DNA from: Mobula hypostoma
Lineage: Eukaryota
Direction: 5' to 3'
DNA: 64,000 nt
NCBI RefSeq assembly: GCF_963921235.1
Contig: NC_086097.1
Span: 195,488,001 to 195,552,000, forward strand
Shown: positions 37,206 to 50,700 of the stretch, one piece after another
Position numbering within the stretch: position 1 is the stretch's first letter
Layout of the letters: every line of letters begins with the position of its first letter
Notes under the pieces: generated by a model
Seen by the model: the letters and a program-made list of their open reading frames with translations, nothing else
Told to the model about the DNA's origin: nothing
Database searches by the model: none
Position numbers and translations under genes: made by a program

Positions 37206-39224
37206 TCTGAAGTGTATCCACTAACAACTGTATGGACGTATAATGACTGCGGTGCTGTGCCATTAGTATATTAGATAACATTAATTTTATCTAATTTATA
37301 TAATCCAGAGTTATCAAGTAGCTTGCTTATCCACAAATAATGTGCAACTTGCTCTTGCTGAGATATATGTATAAATTTTAGGTATTCAACTTGAAATTAT
37401 CATTAGAATGTAAAACCCAGGGGAAAATAATTGAAACATTTCCATCTTCTTGAGACAAAGTGTAAACCACTGATTTTTATTTGGAGATTGCACCAAACTT
37501 GAAGAAGCTGCTCTTAGTATTTTATTTATAATTTGTTTTTCTTCACCTTCCAAACCAATTTTGTTATGACACAAAAGGAGAAGGTCTGCTTCTGGATTTA
37601 TAATCCCTTTCTTTGCATGTGTGGGCACGTTTCCAGTAAGAGAACAGGGAATCAGTGTAAATGAATCCATTGATCCCTTTCACAATTCAGTCACAAACCA
37701 ATTTAGAGTCAGATTTATTTGTTGTCAAGTGCAATGTGGAAGCTTTAGGAGCACAATAATTAACGCCGTTACTAAGTCTGAGAAAATATTAAACTCGAGA
37801 GTTCACATAAAATATGAAGGGAAGGAAAATGTCACCTGTGGACTAATCGAGCTCATTTTAATTTAAAACTATTTCTGTCATGCATTCACTACCAGCATAG
37901 CCTAGCAGTTCTAATTACCTAAATCATTTGTGCACAATGGTAGCTTAGAGGGATGAAACTAACATGTTTTCCAGCATTACCGAAACTATCCAGCATTTGT
38001 TTTAAGTTTGGCTGTAAGAACTCACCAAAGGTAGCCGAAGCAAAATCAGAGATGTTTAAATGATAAACAACCAAATAAGAGGCTAGAAATTTTACAAAAG
38101 CACTGGATACCTCAGAAGTGCAATTTAGCCCATATGAAGGCCATATAAATGCAAAAATAAGTGACTTGATAAACACTGGCAAAATAAATAAAACTACAGG
38201 AACAAAAGACCAGTGTGGTACTTCAAACAGCAGCCCCTCTGCTTGACAGCTGTTAGACTCACTGCTTGATGGCTGGCAAATTGAAGGTGTTACAGCATGG
38301 AATATGTGTCAAAAGCATTTTCATGTTTAGTCTTCACTCTTCATAGAAGACCACAGTTTAGCATGTTGAGCAGGTGGCACCTAGGGTCAGAAGTGTAGAT
38401 ACGTAGTTAGTATTTAGGAGGTAATTTTTAGAGCAGGAACCATGGCTAAGCGGAACCCTATGTGTTATCTCTCCAGCCCTATCCTGTACAGGTTCCGGAC
38501 TATGGATGGACAAGCTACTACCCTTTTCATTACATTATTTGCTTTCTCCTACTGCCCTGCCCAATCAAACAGCTCGTTTTCCCCATCACCAATCAGGAGA
38601 TAAAATAATTCATCATTGGTCCTTTGTCAGGTTCACTTCCAAAATACAGACAAATGATTCTGAAAACTTGAAGTTTTCGAATCTTCTTATGGTTCCTTAG
38701 CAACCCTGGTTGCCAGGGAGATGAGGACCCATTGTACCCAGGATTGCCAAGCCACAAATTATGCAAATTCTGCTTGATTTATTTTACATCATATTCTGCC
38801 ATATGGACAACATGTCTACCTCAGCCTCATTGACAACTTAAATACCAAAGAGAAACTGGCAATTAAGCATATCTGGATTGCACCGTATCAGCTATCCAGC
38901 ATAAGACAAACCCAAGACCTCAATATAACATTCCAGGACTGACTGTCTTCCACACAAACACGCTGCAATCCTTGGCAGTCAGAGATATCACATAGCATTG
39001 GACTGTGACTGGGGGAGGGGGGGGGTCGTGAAAATGCTCCTCGTGAGCGAAGAAGGTCCTAGGTTGGTCAGAAAGAGGCAAGGAACAAAGGAATCTGATG
39101 CAAGACAGGTTCAGATATTTCAGCTTGGTTTCAGTCAAGAATACTTAATCCTCATGATCCTTTAGAATAATGTTTAAAAACTGTTCTTTTAACCTCCTCT
39201 GATCCTAAATATGTGTTAGTTTCA

Positions 39225-40325
39225 CAAAAATAGTCATAGGAAGGTCGTTTGATCCTTCCAGGCTGCTCTGCCCTTCATCAAAGCTCTGGCTGATCCTTTA
39301 GCTCAGCATAATAGTTTACAACTTTTTCCATACCCCTTGATTCCTCAGTCAAGATATCTATCAACCTCTATCTTGAATGAGCTCAGAGGCAAAGTTTCAT
39401 CATCCTCTGAATGATCAATTTTTCTCCTCACTTCATCTCTAAATTATTATCAAACTGCACCCCTGGTCTTAGACCCCCCTAACAGGAGAATTATCTTCAG
39501 TATATTTAGCCCTTCAAGATCTCCAAGAATGTTATATGTTTTGATGAGATGCCTCATTCTACAAAGGTCTAGGGAATGGTGTTCTAGTTGATTCATTCTC
39601 CCCTCATAGAACAACCCACTATTCCTGGAACCAGTCTTGTGAATCATTTTTGCACTCCCTCTCTGGCGAATATATGATTCTTTTGGTAAGACCAAAACTG
39701 TACACAACACACAAGCTGCAGCCTCATCAAGTCCCCATATGTTTGCAACTGCAATGACTTTTTTACTCTTGTAATCAAACCTTTTTGTAAAAAAGCCAAA
39801 CAAACTACTTGCCCATGCAGTCAGATGCTGCACCAATATGTTGGCTTTAAATGACTTGTTTACAGGTCCTTTTAAACATTTCTCACCATTTAAGAAATAC
39901 TTTGCTAATCTATGACATGCACCAAATGGATAACTTTATATTTCCATGTTATATTGCATCTACCATGTTCTTACTCACTTAGCTTGTCCTATCTCTTTGA
40001 ACCTCTTTACAAACATGGATAGAAGGGCATGGAGGGTTATGGTCTGGATCTAGGTCAATGGGACTAGGCAGATTAATGGTTCTGCATTAACTAGATGGGC
40101 TGAGGGAGCTGTTTCTGTGCCATAGTGTTCTATGATTCTCTGACTCTAAATTCCTCCATGTTCAAAATTCCACTGAGGTTAGAATCATCAGAAAATTTGG
40201 AAATTCAGCATTTGGTCTCCTCAGCCAAATAACTGACCCTTGTGGAAAGCTAGGACCCAAGTCTGACCCCTGTAGTATCATATAAGTCACAGACTGCCAA
40301 CCTAAGAATGCTCTGTTTATTCCAC
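39225..40325 (-). mobile_element. Old CR1 fragment, with a short plus-strand CR1 3' end at about 40010-40150
   Basis: ORF 39450-39836 resembles the CR1 ORF2 C-terminus (..SLDLCRMRHLIKTYNIL..). Confidence 0.6.
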
Positions 40326-41189
40326 TTTTCATAGGAAAGGAGAGTGAGCCATGGGAGAAACAGCAGGAGGAGGAGCACCAGAAGGAGGAAGTGGGCAGGT
40401 ATAGAGAAGAGAAAGGGTATGAAAGGAGCCAGAATGGGGAATGAGAAAAGAGAGAATGTGGAGGGTTAAGAAATTACAGGAAGTTAGAAAAATCGATGTT
40501 CATGCCATCAGGTAGGAGGTTGACCCAATGGATCTGAAGTGTTTCTCCTCAAACATGACAGTGGTCTCATCATGACCACAGAGGAGCAATGGCCTGACAT
40601 GTAGGTTATTATCTCCATTCTAATCTTCTAATCTTTCTAATCTTATTGATCACATCAAAAGCATTTAGATTATCCAACAGTCTCCCATTGTCTTTTCTGT
40701 TATTAACATCCTCAAAGCCTACAAAAAATTAGTCATGCAGTCTTCATGCACCTTCTTTAAATTGCAAAAAAATGGGAGTTCAATTTAAGTCATTGGACCA
40801 TAAGAGTTAAAGATTCATATGGCATTCATCTACCTTCCTTCCTCATAATATTTGTCTGCGTCACATAATTCTGGACTCAATAAGTGCCAGGTATTCCCAG
40901 GGGTTAATTTGTTTTGAGTCCTTTTAGTCTGTCTAGAATTTGTATCTAATTTATATAAAACTATAATATTGATTGGTTGGAGAGGACATGTTGTTCATGT
41001 CTGCTCTGGTGAATTTGTCTAGTGAATTATTGCTTTGTGTTGATCCACTGCTTAGCACACATTATCATCTTTGATGGTAGCTAGCTCATTTCCAAATGTT
41101 CTTGAATAACACTGAAAGCATTCTGTCCAGCTGCTTTGTATCTGTGGTGTAATCGCTGGGAGGGAAAAGATGCAAGAAGATTAAAGAAT

Positions 41190-42590
41190 AACTGTTGCAT
41201 TTTCAGAGCCCTGAGCATTGTGAAGGACTTCTCCCATGGGTCCCACAATCTCTTTGAACCCTCATACCGTCAGGTAGAACGTACCGCAGTATAATTAGGG
41301 TGGGTAACAGCTTCTTTCCCCAGAATGTGAGACTTCTGAACACTCTGTACTCGCCTTGTACATATTATTTATGACAACATCAGTAGCATTATACAGTTGT
41401 ATGTGCACTTTATGTCAGCTTAAACATCTCCACCTATTCTTTGAAATCTGTGCTGTAAAACTGTGCTTTACACCTTGGTCCCACAGGAACGATGCTTTGT
41501 TTACCTATATGGTTGAATGACAATATACTTGAACTTGAAACCTCTTCACATAGTTCCAATAAACAATTCTCAATCATAAAGACCACATGGAGAATCAATC
41601 ACATCATATGCAACTTTACTCTGGGATAAAGGGAACTCGAGAAGCAAAGGGAAAGAACTAAAACTTCAGCATCAATGGAATCACCTCACCCACCACCAAT
41701 TTACTGAACTTTCCTGTCACAACCACTGACAATGTAATCATAACAAAGCTCTCTGGAACATTCATCTGTTTTACATTTTGCATGGGAACTACTCAATTGT
41801 GTTATGTTACAAGGTTCAGGGAACAGAATATCACTTCTGCTTTCATTGATACTCACACAAAATGATACTCTCTCAGATGATGATGAGGAATCATACTGAA
41901 ATGAAGTAGGTTGGCTGGATACGTGGTGTTACAACTATAATCTTGCACTCAGAGTCAGCAAGACTAAGAAACTGATCATCATATCAGGAAGGGGATGTCA
42001 GGAGAACACATACAGTCCTCACTGAGGTGTCACTGGCAGAGAGGGTGAGCAAGTTCAAGTTCTTGGTTTCCAGCATCTATCATAGGCCCAGCACGTTAAT
42101 GCAATCATGAAGAAGCGATTCCACTTCATTAGGAGTTTGAGGATATTTGGCATGTCACCAAAGACTCTTGCAAATTTTACCCATGTATGATGGCTTTGCC
42201 ACCTGGTTTGGAGACTCTAGTGCACAGCATCAAAAGAAACCGCAAAGGTTGTAGACTCAGCCAGTTCCATCAGGGGCAAAACACGCCACACCATCAGACT
42301 CAGCTTCAAGAGGCAGTGCCTCAAGAAGGATATACCCTCATTACTACTCGCAAGGAGGTGGTACAGGAGCCTGAAGAGCCGCACTCAGTGGTTTCGGAAC
42401 AGTTTCTTCTCCTCTGCCATCAGATTTCTGAATGGTCCATGAACATGATATCACCATTCCTCCTCCGCACTTCTTAATTATTTTGTAATTTATAGTGATT
42501 TTTATGTCTTGCAATGCACTTCTGCCACAAAACAAAAATAAATCATGTCATATTCAGTGTAATAAACCTGATTCTGAATCTGATTCTATT
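41190..42590 (+). mobile_element. Rex1/Babar-like fragments (about 41190-41540 and 41870-42590)
   Basis: AGCAAGACTAAGAAACTGATC, CTTCATTAGGAGTTTGAGG and GTACAGGAGCCTGAAG motifs; TTGAAC and GATTCT tails. Confidence 0.6.
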
Positions 42591-43009
42591 AAGTTGCTTT
42601 ATTTGAAAATAAAACAGCACATGTTGGGAACCAGAAGCAAACACAGAATATTCTAGAAACCTTTCCTTCAACTCCATTCATTTTCTCCAAATCAAAGTTT
42701 TCTGCATATCTATAAAGAAAAATGTGTTTAATCTGTAAGTTTAAGCTATGCCTTTTTGTTGTAGAACAGTAATAGTTCTGTGTCTACTCAGGCCCCCTCC
42801 CTCCCTTAATTCTTTCTCCAGTACATCAACAACAGTATTGTTCCTGCTTCCTGATTTAATAAAGAAAAATGAAATAAAAGTAAATATTCTGTATCTTTTT
42901 TGGTTTGTATTTTATTGGCCTGGTGATCAATCTGGTGTTTTCTAAGGAATTACTTCAAAAGCTCTGCTCATAAAACATAAAGAACACGAGAAATATAAAG
43001 AGGAAAATG

Positions 43010-44952
43010 CTGGAAGACGCTGGTGGGAGTTGTGTACAGGCCACCTAACAGTAGTAGTGAGGTCGGAGATGGTATTAAACAGGAAATTAGAAATGTGTGC
43101 AATAAAGGAACAGCAGTTATAATGGGTGACTTCAATTTACATGTAGACGGGGTGAACCAAATTGGTAAAGGTGCTGAGGAAGAGGATTTCTTGGAATGTA
43201 TGCGAGATGGTTTTTTGAACCAACATGTCGAGGAACCAACTAGAGAGCAGGCTATTCTGGACTGGGTTTTGAGCAATGAGGAAGGGTTAATTAGCAATCT
43301 TGTCATGAGAGGCCCCTTGGGTAAGAGTGACCATAATATGGTGGAATTCTTCATTAATATGGAGAGTGACATAGTTAATTCAGAAACAAAGGTTCTGAAC
43401 TTAAAGAGGGGTAACTTTGAAGGTATGAGACGTGAATTAGCTAAGATAGACTGGCAAATGACACTTAAAGGATTGACGGTGGATATGCAATGGCTAGCAT
43501 TTAAAGGTTGCATGGATGAACTACAACAATTGTTCATCACAGTTTGGCAAAAGAATAAATCAAGGAAGGTAGTGCACCCGTGGCTGACAAGAGAAATTAG
43601 GGATAGTATCAATTCCAAAGAAGAAGCATACAAATTAGCCAGAGAAAGTGGCTCACCTGAGGACTGGGAGAAATTCAGAGTTCAGCAGAGGAGGACAAAG
43701 GGCTTAATTAGGAAGGGGAAAAAAGATTATGAGAGAAAACTGGCAGGGAACATAAAAACGGACTGTAAAAGCTTTTATAGATATGTAAAAAGGAAAAGAC
43801 TGGTAAAGACAAATGTAGGTCCCCTGCAGACAGAAACAGGTGAATTGATTATGGGGAGCAAGGACATGGCAGACCAATTGAATAATTACTTTGGTTCTGT
43901 CTTCACTAAGGAGGACATAAATAATCTCCCAGAAATAGTAAGGGACAGAGGGTCCAGTGAGATGGAGGAACTGAGCGAAATACATGTTAGTAGGGAAGTG
44001 GTGTTAGGTAAATTGAAGGGATTGAAGGCAGATAAATCCCCAGGGCCAGATGGTCTGCATTCTAGAGTGCTTAAGGAAGTAGCCCAAGAAATAGTGGATG
44101 CATTAGTGATAATTTTTCAAAACTCGTTAGATTCTGGACTAGTTCCTGAGGATTGGAGGGTGGCTAATGTAACCCCACTTTTATTATTATCTGAATGGTG
44201 GCCGATTAGGAAAAGGGGAGGTGCAACGAGACCTGGGTGTCATTATACACCAGTCATTGAAAGTGGGCATACAGGTACAGCAGGCGGTGAAAAAGGTGAA
44301 TGGTATGCTGGCATTTATAGCGAGAGGATTCGAGTACAGGAGCAGGGAGGTTCTACTGCAGTTGTACATGGCCTTGGTGAGACCACACCTGGAGTATTGT
44401 GTGCAGTTTTGGTCCCCTAATCTGAGGAAAGACATCTTTGCCATAGAGGGAGTACAAAGAAGGTTCACCAGATTGATTCCTGGGATGGCAAGACTTTCAT
44501 ATGAAGAAAGACTGGATGAACTGGGCTTGTACTCGTTGGAATTTAGAAGATTGAGAGGGGATCTGATTGAAACGTATAAGATCCTAAAGGGATTGGACAG
44601 GCTAGATGCAGGAAGATTGTTCCCGATGTTGGGGAAGTTCAGAATGAGGGGTCACAGTTTGAGGATAGAGGGGAAGCCTTTTAGGACTGAGATTAGGAAA
44701 AACTTCTTCACACAGAGAGTGGTGAATCTGTGGAATTCTCTGCCACAGGAAACTGTTGAGGCCAGTTCATTGGCTATATTTAAGAGGGAGTTAGATATGG
44801 CCCTTATGGCTACGGGGGTCAGGGAGTATGGAGGGAAGGCTGGGGCGGGGTTCTGAGTTGGATGATCAGCCATGATCATAATAAATGGCGGTGCAGGCTC
44901 GAAGGGCCGAATGGCCTACTCCTGCACCTATTTTCTATGTTTCTATGTTTCT
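43010..44952 (+). mobile_element. Young CR1 LINE, copy A: 5'-truncated, RT core deleted
   Basis: APE motifs VIMGDFN, LDWVL and SDH in ORF 43023-44420; C-terminus in ORF 44221-44856; (TTTCTATG)n tail; near-identical to copy B. Confidence 0.93.
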
Positions 44953-45679
44953 CTCTGAAACGTAAGCCCCAACCAATTAAACCATAACGCTTAAAAATGA
45001 ATAGATAGGAGGGAAACCAATCTGCCAAGATGTGGTTAATAAACTCAAGGGCAGTTTAGTAAACAGTGCTTGTCAATTGATTGATGTTTATTCGAAGAAA
45101 TAATAAAAACAGATCAAGTCCCATCACAGTTGGAATTTGTTTACCATTGCCTAACAGGCAGTTGATCACAGGAAGCAGTTACAGAAATCATATGCCTTTG
45201 GGAACAGTAATAAATGCCTTCAACTTATTATGCACAGATATAATTGTCATTTCTCTCTATGTTCATTTCCTCTGTCCTTTGTGTAATATCTCAGAGAAAA
45301 CACTTTGAGGATATAACTATTTTATAGACATTAAGTGGATCAGTTTCCTCCACACCAAACTCACAAACTGCAAACTGCAGGTTATTCACGAAAATTTTAC
45401 ACAGGCAAATATGTTCTGTGAAATGATCAAGCACTCAGTGCTACAAGTGTAAAATAAAATATTATTAACATAGTATCCTATCTTATACTATCAACACCAA
45501 CAATGTTTTTCAGTATTTACTGGTATGTAAATCTTTCTCTTTTGGTGAAATAAATATTATCCAGCTTTGATAATTATAGATTTTTACCATATGACGAATA
45601 GTGGAGACACAGCTCTTCCAACAAGACATATATATCAGAGAAGGTTCAAAATGAAGTAAGTAAGGTATTTTGCATATAT

Positions 45680-45790
45680 ATTGCAACACACACAAAATGC
45701 TGGAAGAACTTAGCTGATCTGGCAATAAACAGCAATAAACAGTCAACGTTTTGGCCGAGAACCTTCTTCAGACTGGAAAGAAAGGAACAC
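45680..45790 (-). mobile_element. Penelope-like terminal fragment with hammerhead-like motif
   Basis: CACACAAAATGCTGGAAGAACT..; the minus strand reads CTGAAGA-AGGTTCTCGGCC-AAAACGTTGAC. Confidence 0.55.
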
Positions 45791-46014
45791 ATCAAAATGC
45801 TGGCCTAATAGTCTCTCAGGTTAACAACATGCTAAATGTGGTTACGAGTCCAATATAAGAACAGCCAAAAAATGCGCAGAATAATGTGATAATGACCAGA
45901 GGAAAGCGGAATATTGGGATCATACTGACAGCTTTTGTTCAGGTGCAAATCCATTCAAGGGGATAGTTTGGTCTTTCATTTCATACAATCTCCCTCAGTT
46001 CTGCACCAGCATAG

Positions 46015-46400
46015 ACTCAGAATCAAACTTATCATTGATATATGTCATGAAACTTGTTGTGACAGCAGTACAGCGCCAGACATAAAATTACTATGTTACA
46101 ATAAATAATTAATAGCACAAAAGAAGTGGACCATTCATGGACCATTCTTGACGACAGAAGGGAAGAAGCTGTTCCCAAAATGTTGAATATAGATCTTCAG
46201 GCTCCTGCACCGCCACCCCAACAATAGTAATGAGTAAAGGGCATGTCTCCTATGATGAGGGTCCTTAATGATGGATACCACGTATTTGAGGCACCACCTC
46301 TTGAAGATGTCCTCAATGGTGAGCAAGATTGTGACCGTGATGGAGCTTGTTGAGCCTTCAATGCTCATTGAGCCTCCAGACCAGGCAGTGATGCAAGCAG
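46015..46400 (-). mobile_element. Rex1/Babar-like 3' fragment
   Basis: SIIKDPHHRRHALYSLLLLGWRCRSLK..FGNSFFPS. Confidence 0.7.
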
Positions 46401-47789
46401 TCGGTAGACCTTTGTGCTCATCCCTAGCGCAGGGGTAGAACAAGGACCCAACAAACTTCAAGGGTTCAAGGCAACTTAGTTGCTCCCCGACAGAGATGAT
46501 CACTATCCATTCTCATTGGAGACTTGGAGAAGTCTAGGAGTAGAACAAGGATTCATCAAGCCTTGAAAATGATGTGGGAAAATCAGATAGAATGGAATGT
46601 TCATTGCTGGAGGAGAAGGAGAAGAACACTCTACAGAGAGCATAAATAGCCAGAATATTCTGAAAATAGTTCATCAGTGCGATCGTCAACAAGGAATAGT
46701 TTGTCAAACATTGACTCTGAACTGACTTCCCAATGACCCATTACAATAACAATCCTTCCACCATATGGACAGAAATGGGGCATGTTTGCTCATGAAACCA
46801 AAGGAAGAAATTATTTTTTATCAGACCAATGTGTGTAATCTGGAAAATACTACCTGATAGGATGGCAAAGGCAAAGATTCCCACAACACTCAACAAAAAT
46901 CTAGATTGCTTGTGTTACCAAGGCATGGAAGACAATAGGCCAAGTGCTGGAAATGAGATTTATACAAATGGGTACTCAAAGATTGGCAGCATACAGTGGG
47001 AAAAATGGCTTTGTCCTGTCATCTATAATTTATGGCACTAAATCTTGAACTCACAACATAATAGCACTGTGGGGATACCCCTAACAGAAAGATTTTAGCC
47101 CTTCAAGAAGGCAACTCACCACAACGTCCAGAGATCAGGAATGAGCAACAGATTCTGGTCTTGCTGGCAAAATTGAAATACTGAATTAAAATAAGAGCCC
47201 TTCAGTAGGGACAACCTCATTACAATCGGCCACCTTATACAGCCATAAATAAAATCCAGACCAAGGGCAATATTGGCAATGGATGACTACTAAGACCTTT
47301 TATACACTAGTCTCCTTTCAGCTGGAGGCTGAGTGATCTACAGCATTTTGATGATAAACTATTGACTGTCATGGAAGGGAAGTCTGAAGCTCTCTGTTCA
47401 AAGGGAGCTGATGACAATTCTATTTGCTCTCACCAGGCACCACTAGGTGGAGAGAGAGGATGCAGATTTGTTACATTTGAGACTTCCCATGATGCAGGGT
47501 ATGACAGAAATCACATATATCACTTTGGAAATTCCAGATATGATTGCTGCCTTATACCATGTTTGAAAGAGATTTTATTTCCTCAGTGCCCGATGGTGTG
47601 TGAGCAAACATACTGCATCATAAAATTCCATGCCCACTATTTTGGCAGCAGCCTGCCATCCTTAATGTGTGCAACTCTTGCACACCTGTGATGCACAAGA
47701 ATAATGCTGCTAAACAAAATCTAATGAATCAGACAATTGACTTACTAAGCATTTTAGCTGCCTGATCCTTTCCGATGAAGCCCTGCAGA

Positions 47790-50700
47790 ACAGGTTCCAT
47801 GCGACAACTTCTTAAGAAAGTAATTGGAGGGCTAAAAGAAGGCATGATGTTGCTCTACCAGACAAGGTAAAGGAGAATCTTAAGGGCTTCTACAGATGTG
47901 TTAAGAGCAAAAGAATTGCAAGACACCCCATACAGATTACAGAGGAAGAAGTATTTGATGCCCTGAGGCAAATCAGAGTGGACAAATCCCAATGATCGGA
48001 CACGGTGTTTCCTTGGAACCTGCAGGCGCTCTAGCTGAGATATTTAAATCACCTTTAGTGAAAGGTTGGGTACTGGAGGATTGGAGGATAACTAATGCGG
48101 TGCTGCTGTTTAAGAAACCCTCTAAAAATAAACCAGGAAGTTCTAGGCCAGTGGGCCTGACATTGGTAGTGAGAAAGTTATTTGAAGATAATCTAAGAGA
48201 CAAATATATGAGTAGTTGGACAGATGAGGATTGATTAGGGAAAATCAGTATGGTTCTGTGTCTAGCAGGTCATGTCTAACCAAAGGAAAGTTGATGAAGG
48301 CAAGACAGTGGATGTTGTCTACATGGACTTCAGCAAAGCATTTGACAAGGTCCCACATGGGAGGCTGGTCGAGAAAGTTCAGTCACTTGGCATTCAAGAT
48401 GAGGTAGTACATTAGATTAGACATTGGCTTTGGGGGAGAAGCCGGAGAGTGGTGGTAGATGGTTGTCTCTCTGACTGGAGGCCTGTGACTAATGAAGTGC
48501 CGCAGGGATCGGTTATTGTTTGTCATCTATAACAACAATCTGCACAATAATGTGCTTAATGAGGAAGAGGATTTCTTGGAATGTATGCAGGATGGTTTTT
48601 TGAACCAACATGTCGAGGAACCAGCTAGAGAGTAGGCTATTCTGGACTGGGTTTTGAGCAATGAGGAAGGGTTAATTAGCGATCTTGTCGTGAGAGGCCC
48701 CTTGGGTAAGAGTGACCATAATATGATGGAATTTTTCATTAAGATGGAGAGTGACATAGTTAATTCAGAAACAAAGGTTCTGAACTTAAAGAGGGGTAAC
48801 TTTGAAGGTATGAGACGTGAATTAGCTAAGATAGACTGGCAAATGACACTTAAAGGATTGACGGTGGATATGCAATGGCAAGCATTTAAAGGTTGCATGG
48901 ATGAACTACAACAATTGTTCATCCCAGTTTGGCAAAAGAATAAATCAAAGAAGGTAGTGCACCCGTGGCTGACAAGAGAAATTAGGGATAGTATCAATTC
49001 CAAAGAAGAAGCATACAAATTAGCCAGAGAAAGTGGCTCACCTGAGGACTGGGAGAAATTCAGAGTTCAGCAGAGGAGGACAAAGGGCTTAATTAGGAAG
49101 GGGAAAAAAGATTATGAGAGAAAACTGGCAGGGAACATAAAAACGGACTGTAAAAGCTTTTATAGATATGTAAAAAGGAAAAGACTGGTAAAGACAAATG
49201 TAGGTCCCCTGCAGACAGAAACAGGTGAATTGATTATAGGGAGCAAGGACATGGCAGACCAATTGAATAATTACTTTGGTTCTGTCTTCACTAAGGAGGA
49301 CATAAATAATCTTCCAGAAATAGTAGGAGACAGAGGGTCCAGTGGGATGGAGGAACTGAGCGAAATACATGTTAGTAGGGAAGTGGTGTTAGGTAAATTG
49401 AAGGGATTGAAGGTAGATAAATCCCCAGGGCCAGATGGTCTGCATCCTAGAGTGCTTAAGGAAGTAGCCCAAGAAATAGTGGATGCATTAGTGATAATTT
49501 TTCAAAACTCTTTAGATTCTGGACTAGTTCCTGAGGATTGGAGGGTGGCTAATGTAACTCCACTCTTTAAAAAAGGAGAGAGAGAGAAACCGGGGAATTA
49601 TAGACTGGTTAGCCTAACGTCGATGGTGGGGAAACTGCTGGAGTCAGTTATCAAGGATGTGATAACAGCACATTTGGAAAGCGGTGAAATGATCGGACAA
49701 AGTCAGCATGGATTTGTGAAAGGAAAATCATGTCTGACGAATCTCATAGAATTTTTTGAGGATGTAACTAGTAGAGTGGATAGGGGAGAGCCAGTGGATG
49801 TGGTATATTTGGATTTTCAAAAGGCTTTTGACAAGGTCCCACACAGGAGATTAGTGTGCAAGCTTAAAGCACACGGTATTGGGGGTAAGGTATTGGTGTG
49901 GGTGGAGACTTGGTTAGCAGACAGGAAGCAAAGAGTGGGAATAAACAGGACCTTTTCAGAATGGCAGGCAGTGACTAGTGGGGTACCGCAAGGCTCAGTG
50001 CTGGGACCCCAGTTGTTTACAATATATATTAATGACTTGGATGAGGGAATTAAATGCAGCATCTCCAAGTTTGTGGATGACACGAAGCTGGGTGGCAGTG
50101 TTAGCTGTGAGGAGGATGCAGGGTGACTTGGATAGGTTGGGTGAGTGGGCAAATTCATGGCAGATGTAATTTAATTATGGATAAATGTGAAGTTATCCAC
50201 TTTGGTGGCAAAAATAGGAAAACAGATTATTATCTGAATGGTGGCCGATTAGGAAAAGGGGAGGTGCAACGAGACCTGGGTGTCATTATACACCAGTCAT
50301 TGAAAGTGGGCATGCAGGTACAGCAGGCGGTGAAAAAGGCGAACGGTATGCTAGCATTTATAGCGAGAGGATTCCAGTACAGGAGCAGGGAGGTACTACT
50401 GCAGTTGTACAAGGCCTTGGTGAGAGCACACCTGGAGTATTGTGTGCAGTTTTGGTCCCCTAATCTGAGGAAAGACATCCTTGCCATAGAGGGAGTACAA
50501 AGAAGGTTCACCAGATTGATTCCTGGGATGGCAGGACTTTCATATGAAGAAAGACTGGATGAACTGGGCTTGTACTCGTTGGAATTTAGAAGATTGAGGG
50601 GGGATCTGATTGAAACATATAAGATCCTAAAGGGATTGGACAGGCTAGATGCAGGAAGATTGTTCCCGATGTTGGGGAAGTCCAGAACGAGGGGCCACAG

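Noticed and set aside
42968..43633. Long antisense ORFs (also 48527-49018, 49817-50158, 50230-50922)
   Set aside because: They are antisense shadows of CR1 ORF2 and recur only because the element is repeated.
48654..50126. RT as a retron, DGR or group II intron system
   Set aside because: The APE-RT layout, CR1-type C-terminus and microsatellite tail identify a eukaryotic LINE.
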